Positions 23,701 to 35,433 of a DNA stretch of 64,000 nt are shown piece after piece. Origin of the DNA: Squalus acanthias (Eukaryota); assembly GCA_030390025.1 (NCBI GenBank), contig CM059432.1, forward strand, positions 65,040,001 to 65,104,000. The letters run 5' to 3'. The notes under the pieces were generated by a model. That model was not told the origin of the DNA. It did not search any database and worked only from the letters and a program-made list of their open reading frames with translations. The translations under genes and the position numbers were made by a program. Position 1 is the first letter of the stretch. Every line of letters starts with the position of its first letter.

Positions 23701-25277
23701 ACCGGCCTCAGCTTGCCGTGACGCTCTTGGAGCAGCACAGCGCCCAAGCTGTCTCCGCTGGCAGCTACCTCCAGGAAAAACTCCTACCCCCCATCTATGG
23801 CCCCTAAAGCTGGCGCGGTCTGCAAATCCCTTTTTAACTTCTCGAAGGCTGCCTGGCAGCCCTCGTCCCAAGACCACTCCACTCCCTTATGGAGGAGTCG
23901 GAGCAGCGGTGCCGCTGTGGCCGCATAGTCTTCAATAAAATCCCTGCAGTAACCGGTCAGTCCCAAAAAGGACCTCACACCCCTTATGGTGTTGGGAATC
24001 GGTAACTCTTGCACCGACTCCCTCCTAGCCTTATCTATGGCTCTTTCCCCAGCGCGAATGGTCAGCCCCAGGAATTTTACTTCCTGCTGACCGATACGTG
24101 CTTTCTTAGGGTTCACTTTAAAACCCTTTCTCGCTAGCAGCTCCAATAACTCGGCCACCAGTGGTCCATGCTCCTCCCTTGAGTCCGTAAATAGGAGCAA
24201 ATCATCCACGTACTGCACTATCTGATTGGGCTGACTAAACTCCTTTAAACTTCCTGTCATACACTGATGGAAAATACTGGGGATGTTGTGGAAACTCTGT
24301 GGCAAACAGTTCCATGTGTACTGTTGTCCTTTGAAAGTAAAGGCAAACTTGTACTGGTCCTCTCGCCGCAGCGGGATGGACCAAAAACCGTTCGAGATAT
24401 CCAGCACCGTGAACGTGGTCGCGGACGCTGGGATACTCCCTATTAGGTCAGCAACTGCTGCTACCGTGGGCGCGCAGGCGGGAATGTTACTGTTAAGGAC
24501 TCTGTAGTCCACCGTGGCCCTCCACGAATTATCCAGCTTCCTAACCGGCCATAATGGGGAGTTCACGTGTGTGGCTATCGGCCTCAACACGCCCTGCTGC
24601 ACCAAGGAGGACATTGCTGTCTCCATATCGGGTTCTGCTTCTTTGGGGAAGTTATACTGCTTTTGGGGCCGGGTCATGGGGTCCCCATCTACGCTGACCT
24701 CAAACCCGGTAACCCTCCCACAATCGTGCTTGTGGGTTGCAAACGCGTGCATATTATCTGACACGTACGTCTGCATGTCCGTTGGGACATCCGCAACCAT
24801 AAGCCCGAGGTCGTAGCCTTCGGATGGCTTCATGGTACACAGGGCCCCTTTACCTTCCTCCCCCGGGATTACCACTACCTTGCCTTTTCCACCCTTAGCT
24901 CCCCAGAGACAGTGATTCCTGAGGTCCACGAGGATCCCGTGCCCCGATAGGAGATCTGATCCGAGGATGCCTCTCCCACCCCCCTCTTGCCATTTCATCA
25001 GTATGCACTTCCACGTGGTGTGGAGTGCTCCTAAATGAATGGATAGCGGAATGGAGAACGCGCCAGCCTGCTCTTTTCCCGTAAACCCCGCTAATGTGTA
25101 TGGGACCTTGGTAGATAGCGGTGAGTCAAAGGGGCTATCCGTATGAATCACGGTGCATGAAGCTCCCGTGTCCAACAAATAACTACCCTTCTGCTTCTCT
25201 ACCTCCATCTCCACCAGGGGTCGCTTCCACGCATCATAGCTGAGCGGACACAGGTAGACGGGCTGTGCGGGCTCTAG
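20789..25277 (-). pseudogene. pol: pol: protease, RT, tether, RNase H, integrase and a low-complexity tail; 2 in-frame stops (23784, 23322) and frameshifts near 22342 and probably 21370
   Basis: LLDTGAS; NSPLWPVRK, DYRVLN, LDISNGF, LPQSF, YVDD; tether GAVLLQ...RIARW; RNase H DGS / SAQQAEL / SDS / KVKAH / GNQQADALA; integrase HHCC, QIDYIG, SDQGSHF, VERMNRTLK, GPY. Confidence 0.95.
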
Positions 25278-27101
25278 TCATTGGGTACTGTTGGACGGGG
25301 CTGCGGCATCTGCGGGGCCGGTAGCGACTGCCACCCTTCCCTGCGAAATCATGAGGGTGCGCATGGCTCCCAACATCGATTCGATCGCATCGGGATGGAT
25401 AGGCACACCAGCTCCCCTATCAGAGACAGGCACCTGGGCTCGGACTGCGGGATTTTTATCCCTGGACTCCTTCCAAGGGTTCCTGCAGTTCTTGCGCCAG
25501 TGCCCTGTCTTTCCGCATCCGAAACAAGCATTACTGGCCTGTGGGACGCGATTTCCCTCCTGATGCCACTCCTTTTGAGCCGGGGCTGTGGGCCGCGCCT
25601 CATGCACCTTTCCCTTAAGGGGACGTGCTGCCGTACTCCTGGTATTACGGTACCCTACCGTGAGTCGATTTAGGACCGACTCCTCTGTTGTGGCGGGGTT
25701 AGTGGGATCAAACCACGCTTTGGCCTGCTCCCTGACGGCTGGCAAACTGTTGGCAACTAAACACCTGAGCCAATGAGTTAAACCGACACCGTTCAAATAG
25801 GTGCGCTCTGGTGCACCTGGGCAGCTACGTTGATATACTGGCCACAGCCTGTCGGCGAAAACCTTCGGGGGTTCTCCCTCCATCTGCACTGTTTGTCCCA
25901 ATCTAACGAACGGACCTTCATCATCCGCTCCCAACACTTCCAGGACCTCATCTCTTAACTCCTCATAGGTATTATTTCCCCTCTTGCTCTCATCTGAGAG
26001 ACACTGAAGGATCGAGCTGTCTAATGAGAACAGCAGCATTTTTGCTTTTTCCCCATCGTCGCAGCCGTTAATGGCTGCGGTCTGCTCTACCTCCCTGAAA
26101 TGTACGGAAGGGTCATCTGACTCGGACAGCTTCCGTACGTGACTGATCATGGCCCTCAGCTGGTGTGCATTGTGCGGCAACACAAGCTGGCTGAGGAGAT
26201 CCTCCTCTGCCCCACCGTCTCTGTTCGGGCCCCTTTTGATACCCGTGACCGGACACAACGGTCCCGGCTTCACTTCTACCTCAGGGGGCTGTACTACCTC
26301 GGGGACCTCTTCCTCTACTTCTACCACTTCCTTCCTCACCCAGGTTGCCGAATAGCTGGGTGGCGCGGAGGGCACAGTGGCAAATATCTCCTCTGCCTTG
26401 TTCGGTGGGGATTTCTGAAATTCCCCACCCACCAGCGGCTGGTGTGCTGACGGGCTGATAAGGCACACCATGCCGTGTGCTTTATTCAGGGCCTCTTTAA
26501 GGTTCCCTATCTCTCTTTGGCAGACGCTGTGATCGGCCCCCTCATGTTTATCCTCGAGGGCCATCTTATATGCCGCCCTAACCCCCGTTAAGCTCTCTTC
26601 CTGGGCTTTTATTTGGGCAGCTAGGCGGGCACATCGTTCCCTTATTCTGCCCTCATTTAACTTTGCCTCAGTGACCTGGCACTCGAGGTAATCTATTTTC
26701 GCCTCATGCTGGTTGGCGACTCACTGGCGTTCTTGATGCAACGCATTTAAAGACGCGATGAGCTGCTGCCCCCCCGCGACCTTCTCGTCCATTTCCACCT
26801 CTAAACCCTTGATCTGAGCTGCCTGCGCTATGATGACCTGGTCCGAAAGCTGGACTTGTCTTTTATAGCACATCAGCCAGACCGCTTTCTCTACAGTTTT
26901 TTTATGTTCCTTGCTACCTGTCCACCACACGGCTGCCTCTAGTGGACGCTTATCCACCAGCAGGTCACTTATCCATCTCTTAGTCAAATTCACTTTTCCA
27001 AAAACATAATCAGCTATTCTCTCTTCCATAACATTTCGCCCATTCATACCAGGGTCTAACACATTATTTTCTCGCTGCCAGTGTCCCTTCGTGGTCGCCA
27101 T
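25278..27101 (-). pseudogene. gag: gag with one in-frame TGA at 26721-26723
   Basis: ORFs 26721-27101 and 25278-26564 are in the same frame. They encode a coiled-coil-like N-terminal half, a capsid-like region with MHR-like QMEGEPPKVFADRL, and the zinc knuckle CFGCGKTGHWRKNC. The start codon is uncertain. Confidence 0.88.
27083..27100 (-). promoter_or_regulatory. Primer binding site, tRNA-Arg
   Basis: TGGCGACCACGAAGGGAC lies 5 nt after the 5' LTR and is complementary to the 3' 18 nt of vertebrate tRNA-Arg(TCG) as I recall that sequence. Confidence 0.85.
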
Positions 27102-27105
27102 TATC

Positions 27106-28734
27106 TGTAAGGGGTGACCTGCGGCTCTGTGCTTAGCCTGGGTTCTAGTGCGGGGTTAGGCCTTGTTGCCTGTTCTGGTCTCCAGCCAGCCTGGTAACAG
27201 TAGACACCTGTGAGTGGTTCGACCCACTCGCCCTTACGGTTCTGACACTGGACTTAGGTGCGAGAGCAATAATGCAGAGAAAACTCAGGTAGACCCGGTT
27301 GAATAGTGCGAAATGGAAAATCTTTATTGCATATTATTCAAGATTACGAGATACATGTCATAAGCACAGATTAATGACAGTACAATCTTACTCACAGTTA
27401 TGAAACTAATTTTAGGGAAACGAGGAGCGCACGACACATCGTAAAAGGGGACACACATTATAATTATCCTTAAAACTTAAACCCTCCCCTATCAATACCA
27501 GTCCTAATCTAGATTTGTAGGATCGAGACTCATGCTCACCACTCGTGATAACTCGGAGAATTCCGAAACTCTGCTCGGATGTTTTTACCGCAGCACCTGA
27601 CTATCCACGTGTTGATCAGGGGTCTCTGTACCCCACTTGTTTACTCGTTTCTGCTCCGGCTAGCAGGCTGGACCGTCTGCTGTCATGAAGATCTGTGTTG
27701 CCCTCGGAGTTCTGATACTACTCAAAAAAGAGTCTTCCTGTGCCCTACACCGGTTCGATAGAACTCGAAGAAGGGTCTTCCTGGGCCAGTTGTGGAGTAG
27801 CCGATAGAATTCAAAGAAGTGTTTATTCGACTTACAGGCGCGGTCGGGGCTTACTGACCGTGGCGATGCGTATTGTCGTCTTCTTCTCTTCTCATCTCAT
27901 CTCATCTCATCTCATCTCCTCTCGGGCCTTCGGTTCCAACACCGTTTACCGACCCCTCGGGATGGTGCGCCCGCTTCCAGGCCTCACAGCCCAGTTCTCC
28001 ACAGATCTTCGCGGCAAGCCACGAGGTTGATCCTAGCGGATCAGAGTCCAGAGCCATCAGGCAAGAGAATAAAAGTTCAGCAGTCTTCCAGCGAGTCAAA
28101 GCAGCAAGAGAAAGATGGACGGCTGTACTTTACAGTTATAGTGCTGTAATTCCTCTTTTCCCGCCCAATCTTAATGTCTATCTTTTGTCAGGGTTTTGGC
28201 GCTCAAACTTCTTGTATGGGGTGATCTCAGTCTTTAATGGGTTTCGGTGACACTTGTAACTGTCTGAGTACCCGTTAATATTTCTCCCATTGTGGAACCG
28301 GCTAGTAGTCTCCCTGGAGGGGTTTTGGGGCTTCCAAATGCTTGCTGTGAGTACCCGCAAACGGCTCTCTCATTGTAGAGTCGTGGGGATTTTGCATATT
28401 AATGTCTTTGGATGGGTCCTTGATCGCTCAGTACAATAACCCTTGTTTGCACCTGGGAGACCGATTTCAGTATTCATGTTTAAAGTGTAAACCCATCGCG
28501 TTTTGTCATTATCACATCATGTTGGATCTTTTCGATCTTGCACAAATGTTTATTGGAACGCCATCTTGTCTGCCTACTGAAAGTCTAGAACTTTCTGCCA
28601 CAAGGCGTGGTGGCCATTTTACAGGCTGTTTGTGTCCGTTTTGAAACCTGACAGCATTCTGCTGAAATAAAGCTGTTTATACGAAACTATCCTTCTTATT
28701 TTTATAAAATCGCGATAATTTTGCGAATTCTACA
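27106..28734 (-). repeat. 5' LTR (1629 bp)
   Basis: Direct repeat of 16064-17698, adjacent to the PBS; contains a (TCTCA)n run. Confidence 0.97.
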
Positions 28735-29459
28735 CAATAGATGTCAGAGGCTCATATACGTCCTCTCTAGAAGGAATGTCATTGTAGACGTGGGTCATCA
28801 TGGCCCCGCTGATGTGCAGCAAGGTTCTCTCCAGCTCCTTGCTAGCAGGGAAGTGCAGTTGGCCCAGGAGAGGGATGATGGTGAGAGGGGAGAGGGAAGT
28901 GGAGGCTCCTCTCAAAACACTCACACTTCTCCCCCATTGCCAACCATTCAGTCAGAGCCGCAGATGCCTCCCCGGACAGTGATGGCCAAGTCTGCCCCTA
29001 CACAGTCGCAGGAGGAGCAGACTTTGGCGGGGACATCACAGGCTCCAAAACCCAGAGGACGACCGCCAAAAGTGTCTAAGCAGACGCAGCAGGGAAGTGA
29101 GGAGGCTGCCTCAACCTCTGCTGAAGCCACAGGGGTAGCACCACATAGAAGCACTCACAAGATAAAGGTGCCACACAAGTAGATTCACAAGGGTAGCCAC
29201 TTGGGTGTTCTATTCAATGTTGATGTGAAGTTTCAGTTTATTTAGTGTGAACCATAAGTTTATTTATTTTCAAAACTTTCTGGTCTTGGACAAATTTGTG
29301 TGCACCATTGGAAATGGCTTAGTTAGTTGGAGTGAAGGGTCAGACATAACTTTACCTCCAGCAATGGTGGTGACTGTGAAAGGAATGGATTGATCATTGT
29401 AGGGATGCTTAATAGTGTGGCTGTGGGGTGTTGCCAACCTGGCAAAGCATGTGGCAGCC

Positions 29460-30590
29460 ATATGGGTGGACTACATAAAGTTAAGTAAATCTGGCCATGC
29501 TAAGGCCATCCCTGGCCTCCCGGGCAGCAATGTGCTCGAGTGCTGGTGCCATCTGCACCGCAGGTTCCTCCAGCTCCTGCTCCTCCTCGTCTTCCAGCTG
29601 ATGCTCGTCCTCCTCCTCCTCCTCCTCTGAAGAGACTGTGCGCTGAGTGCCTTGCTCCTCATGCAGTGCTAATCCTCGCTGCTGCACTTTGTTGTGCAGG
29701 GCGCAGCAGACCACGACGATTCTGGAGACCCTGGCTGGTGCATACTGAAGGACTCCTCCAGATCTGTCAAGGCATCTGAATTGTAATTTCAGATTACACA
29801 TCTGGTGGAGATGTGGCTTTCATTATAACTCTCCTCGGCCTCAGTACTTGGCCTCCTCAAGGGTGTCATGAGCCACGTCTTCAGTGGATAGCCCTTGTCT
29901 CCAAGCAGCCAGCCAGAGGGTATGTCTGGAGGTGTGAAGAGCTGAGGGAGGGTGGAATGGCGCAAGATGAAAGAGTCATGACAGCTGCCAGCGAATTTGC
30001 ATGCACATGCATGATGATCTTCCTATGGTTGCAGACCAGCTGCACATTGAGGGACTGGAAGCCCTTGCGGTTGACCAAGACTCCTGTGTGATGATGGGGT
30101 GCCCTGATGGCCACATGTGTGCAGTCGATCATGCCCTGCACCCATGGGAAGCCAGCCAGAGTGGCAAAGCTGAGCACCCGCTCAGTAACACTGACTTCAT
30201 CAGTGGCAAAGTTGATATAATTGGCTGACTTGTCAAAGAGGGCGAATAAGTTGAGGGCTCTGGTGACTTTGACAGCAATGGGTAAGGCGTGTCCATCCAC
30301 TCCTCTGGGCTGCAGGTCTTCCTCCAGCAATGTGCAAATGTCAATGACGATCTGGGGCGATAGCCTGAGCTTCCTTTGGCACTGCTGCTCAGTCATGTTG
30401 AGGAAGCTCATCGTTTGATTGTATACCCTGTGTTGGGGATATCGCCTGTGGTGCCATACACACCGCGCTGATGCCCTCTGTCCTGTGGAGCATCAGGGCT
30501 TTGAGGAGAAGGTTGGTGGTGTTGTTGTTGGTGCTGCTAATGTTGGGGCTCATTGTGGTTAGATTCTGAGGACCAAGGTAAGACAATATG
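29460..30590 (-). pseudogene. Degenerate Harbinger (HARBI1-like) DDE transposase
   Basis: [28 protein letters not shown] and FRCLDRSGGVLQY...CCALHN motifs; frameshifts and deletions; ends approximate. Confidence 0.88.
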
Positions 30591-31719
30591 AAACAGCACA
30601 ATGCTGATGGAAGAGATGGCAGGTGAAGTAGAGTTGACAGAAGCAATCTGTCAATGGTGAGAGAGGTTCTTCAAATGAGGTGAGACTGGATGGAGACTTT
30701 GCTAGAAAGACTTGCAGCCTGCAGAAAGCTCAATCTGTGCTGGGAACGTAGTCAGCAAAAGCTACTGCCTCAGGAAAGTGATCAGCTGTCAGGTGGTTGT
30801 TTTTAAACTACATTTGATGCTGTCAAGTAATCAGCTGGAGCAATGGCCACTCAACTCCCGCCTCTGGTTGACAGACATGGTTCCTGAGCTGCATGAATCC
30901 TGTGACCATGCTGGGAAATTTGAAATGTAGGGGGAAAAAGACTCTTAATTGTTTGTAAACTACCCGATAATGATTTAAATTAGGTCGCCCGCCTCTGCCG
31001 GGCACGTCGCTGCCGCACCGGCAAACACGCCCATGGGAAATGCGCGTGGGGGCAGGATGACAGCGGGTTCCCGACCCGCTCCCACCATTTTCAAATTTCC
31101 CACCCGACCCGCCTCCATTCCCACCCGCTACCACCTCAGAAAATTCCGGCCAATAATTCAGGCCAGAGGGTTGCAAAGTGCCTGTCCTCTAGCTGGAACA
31201 GTGTAGACGGCCAAAGACAGAGGTCAAAGTGGGAGTGGGATGGACAATTGAAGCGGCAAGCGACAGGGAATTAGGAGTCGCACTGGTGGACAGAATGGAT
31301 ATTATGCAAAATTATGCCAAACTACAAGAGGAGTTCAAAATCAGATCCTGATCAGCACAGACAAGTGTTCCAATGAATTATATGAAAGTTCTTAGAAGTC
31401 ATAGCAATTGAGACTCTATTACAACATTCCAATCACAACTTGCAATCCCGATTCTGTGCTCACATGCGTTCATTCTAGTAGGGATTAAGGATGGGACCTT
31501 GGCTAATTTTTTTCCACTGAGGTGTTGAAAACAATTATATCACCACTACTGACAACCAAAGTGAAATGAATTAACTCAGCACAGACCAGAGATCAAACTT
31601 AAGTTAAGTGTGCATCAGGGGGTAACAAGAGAATGGGAATAAAACTAAAGCTTTTCCTTATCTTAGAATAAATTAATTTGTACCTTTGCCTAAAGTTTAG
31701 AAAGTACTTAGTAATTATT

Positions 31720-31975
31720 TTTTTGTTCAATCTGGGGATATGGGCGTTGTTAAAAAGGCCAGCATTTATTGCCCATCCCTTGTTTCCCTTGAGAAGATGT
31801 TGGTGAGCTGCCTTCTTGAACCACAGCAGTCCATTTGGTAAAGGTACTCCCACAGTGCTGTTAGGTAGGGAGTTCTAGAATGTTGACCCAGTGACCATTA
31901 AGAAACGGTGATATATGTCCAAATCGGGATGGTGTTTGATTTGGAGGGGAACTTGGAGGTGATGGTGTTCCGATT
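31720..31975 (-). mobile_element. 3' tail fragment of the same LINE family as 7820-8890
   Basis: Direct similarity to 7825-8070 (GCCAGCATTTATTGCCCATCCCT...). Confidence 0.8.
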
Positions 31976-33012
31976 CTGAGCATCCCAAATATAATTTAAG
32001 GAAAGTCAAATATGTAATTGAAAATAATGTCCCAAAAAATTCCTCAGAGATGCTTCTGCTGCAGTGCTGTTACCTTGCCAGAAGGGCAGCGGAAACCCCG
32101 TTTATGCGTCTAAACAGGGCATCTGACGCACTTCCGGTGAAGTAACGCTGGCAGAGCGGAAGCAACGTTGAGGAATTTCCCAGCTATTATGTACCACCAT
32201 TCTTAGATGGCGAGAGGCTGTTCTTGTAGCACCCTACACCAAAAAGTACAAAAAAAACTATTGTTGTGGACGTGTAGCATGCTTGGGAGGTAAAAGGTGA
32301 CATTGGACCAGGCCTTCTAGTTGTTATGTATATAATGTACCTGTAGTGATATGTGGATGGAACTTGCAGTCTTTAAACCTCCGTACGTGTGCATGTTTTC
32401 CCACTAATTATTTCTGCTACAGATTACACTTGTAGGCTTTGTATAAGCCACTTCAATATACAGCAGAAGTATCCAGTTCATGTTAGCAGGCTGCCAATTG
32501 AATTTCTACCAGCTGTGTAAACAGGGTAAGTGAGTCAGTTTTTGGATGCTTGGTTGTGGGAGAGTTTTCCCTGTAGTTGCAGAACTCCATGCTGTCTTGT
32601 TGGCAGGCAGTTAATCATGCTGTAAAAATGTCAGCATTTCTTTGGATGAAAAATAGATATTATAATTAGAGAAAATCAAGATTTGTATTCAGATTGTGGC
32701 TTTCCGAGCAAAGTGTGACGGGATTCTTTCAATCAAAATCTGAGCATCTGAGGTTAATGGATAAGATTTGTTTTACCTGAATAAATATGTGGTTTATCTT
32801 CAGCAAATTAAAGAATGAGCATGGGATATAATTTTGATGGCTTACTACAGCTATAATGCTGTCTTTTGAGTAACATTAATTAACAAATATTACAAATTTC
32901 ATTTAGGTAAAATAAGCGAAAATTATTTTTCAACTTTTTTTTATGAGAATGGTTACCTTATAACCAGTAAGTAATTAAAAAATATTCTGACTATAGTAGT
33001 GCACAACACTTT

Positions 33013-33846
33013 GGGCTGGATTTTCTCAGCCCCGAGGAGGGGGATATGGAGGCGGGACTGCCGGTAAAGTTGCAGAAAGTAGGGGCGGCTGGCAATTCCG
33101 CCCCCATCCCGCCTCCGTGCCCTTTTGCCAGGAGGCGGGAAGCCATCCTGACCCGGGTTCCGTCTCCTTGAGGCGGGAAAGGGATTAAATCCTTTTAACT
33201 GCCTGTTAACAGGTAGTTAACAGGCAGAAAAAATGATTAGTGCCATTTTACCTTTTCAAGTGCAGGCGTCCCGACCTCAGAGAACCCCGCCGGGATGTAG
33301 GGGGAGAGTAGGAGGTCTGCGGGGGTCGGAGGGGTCTGAAAGTGCAATGTAGAGGTGATGATGGGTGCAAGTGTGGAGTGGTAAGTATGTGAGGTGAGTG
33401 TAAAGTGTTAGAAAATGTTCACTTACCTTGGTTTCTGCCTACAGCCTTCAGCCGCTGTGGATCCGGAGTCCCGACATCTTCCTTGTCGATTTCACAGACT
33501 GGCTGTTGGATCCTCCGAACCAACAGTCATCTGATTTCTACAAAGTAGAAAGGTTTGATGAGTCCTGAACACAAGGGCTCATCAAACTACACAGAATGTC
33601 AGTGTTTGACAGCTTCACAGAGCTATCAAACGCTGACATTTCTTCTTTCAAGAAATCTTGACAGATGGCACATCAGACATTGACATGCTCTGTCAGTGAC
33701 ATCCCCCTAATTGGCCTGCTGGGCAGGCTTAACAAGGTCAATCAGGGGAAAATCCCGCTGGTTGGCCAGAAGATGATGGAGGCAGGACTGAGACCTGGCA
33801 AGCAGCAGTCCCGCCTCCAACACATCTCCATTCAGAAATTCAGCCC
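33013..33846. mobile_element. Harbinger-type MITE (related copy at 52982-55197)
   Basis: TIRs GGGCTGGATTTTCT / AGAAATTCAGCCC flanked by TTT; colinear with the 52982 copy. Confidence 0.75.
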
Positions 33847-35433
33847 TTTGTTTCTGCTATGCTGAACTCCTTGTAAGTTTCATGTGCTGTGTTATAATAA
33901 TAAATCTTAACAAAGCCAATGTAATCAGTTTAAGCGATTCTAATTTACTCCTATAATGGCGTAGTGTGTGATTTGCAATTCAATTTTTATGAGCTCACCT
34001 ACCTGTTTTATAATAATTCTCAAAGGATTAACTAAATTACATTGCAATACTATATACCACCATTGTGTCAGTTAATCATAAAAGAGTGGCATTGGCCCAA
34101 TGGCAAAGTGCATTTGTGTTTAACATACAGTGCCATGGAGTGGTAGAATGTAGATTATCACAGGGGAAATACAGAGGAGTTCGGAAAAGGAAGAAAATAA
34201 AGAAATTGCATTTACATCAAAATGAAAAGGTTCCAATCAACTGCTGTGCATCTGCTAGTAGCTAGCTCAAGAACAACGAAGCGTGGCATAAAGTTACCTG
34301 CTCTCAGTCAGGCAATATTGTGTGCTGCATGGGACCTGGAAAGCAGGAGAAAGATGAAAAACAACTTGAAGTACCATGAAAATGTGATTAAGAATCAGAA
34401 AGTAAAGGTTTTATCTGAAGAAAAAGAGGTTAGATCAATAGAATTCATCCATCAATGCCATTCAGTTTTCATAAGACAAATAACACATCATCACAACAGT
34501 ACATTGCAAGTCTGTGAATTATCAAGTGAGAGAGTATTGCATTGAATGGAGTATTGACACCTGGTGGTGACTGTAATTGTTATTATTACGACTGTTATAT
34601 AATTTAATGAACGTAGTATATTTTTACTGTAATATTAAATTTAAGCATTAAAGGTATGTGGAAGTGTAACAGTATGGAGGAGGCTGCCAGGTGAGATAAA
34701 GTGGCGGAAGGAGATCTCAATAACTTAAATAAAAGGATAGCATGATAGGTTTCTGCTAACATATTTTATGGCACTAGCACATCGACCTTTTTAAGATTAG
34801 GATAGCTAACGAACACTGCTGACATCACCCCTTTTACTCAGATTCATCTTTTATCAGGAATCGAGGCCATCATTTATATTTTTATAGCATGATTGATCCA
34901 GAGAGTAAATAACCATTAAAATTCTAAGTTTATTGATCTTAGTAAAAGTCATAGGGCTAGAAATTCGGCTCCATAGTGCCCGGTTTTTTGGCGCTATGGG
35001 TGTCGTCTTGTGTCCGAGCAGCACGCGCATACTTCTGGTGCGGGCCACGCCAGATGTCATTTGGTGAGGGCGTTAGAGTCGGCGCTGGAAGCGAGTGGTG
35101 TTAGTAATCAGAGTAGGCAGATCGTGATGTCAATCAGTGTGTAACGCTGACTTGATGCCAGCGCTGACATTTTTGACCTCAATGCCCTCTCTTAATCTCG
35201 CACAGCCGAACATGCGTTCAGCAGCAGAAAGGACCCCCCACCAGCGATATTTAAAGAGATCATCACCTACTTACAGATTAGTTGCTGATTGATTTCTACC
35301 AGCTGTTGCTGAGTTTGAACAAGTGTTTGGTGCTTTCTAGACTTCTTTAAAGTAGCCTAAAGTCTACAAGGAGTGGTGTGGCACGTGCTCAAATGACTTG
35401 CAAGGGGTCTGCTCAGACTAGTTGCTCCCAGAC

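Larger units (their letters stand above)
16064..28734 (-). mobile_element. Full-length endogenous retrovirus, lokiretrovirus-like (LTR-gag-pol-env-LTR)
   Basis: Paired TGT...ACA LTRs, CAAT TSD (16060-16063 and 28735-28738), PBS, PPT, gag with a CCHC knuckle, pol with tether plus RNase H, and an F-like env. The provirus itself is certain; the family assignment is inference. Confidence 0.93.
14600..29182 (+). pseudogene. Harbinger Myb/SANT-like DNA-binding gene with 3 exons (14600-14839, 15182-15340, 15498-16063 + 28739-29182); exon 3 is split by the provirus
   Basis: MAEQNQRAASRFSDNSL...AWLQIAEEVNS...RRTLVQCRKHFNDL; GT-AG introns. The frame ...SMDN|RCQR... is restored when the provirus and one TSD copy are removed. 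Confidence 0.8.
14306..31151. mobile_element. Full-length Harbinger/PIF DNA transposon (about 4.2 kb without the provirus), degenerate
   Basis: Perfect 13-bp TIRs GGCCGGAATTTTC / GAAAATTCCGGCC, a 3-bp AAT TSD, and convergent Myb-like and DDE transposase genes. Confidence 0.92.

Noticed and set aside
26721..26723. Internal gag TGA as a second programmed readthrough (also the stops at 23784 and 23322)
   Set aside because: The contexts are not readthrough motifs and the stops interrupt continuous domains; they are best explained as point mutations.
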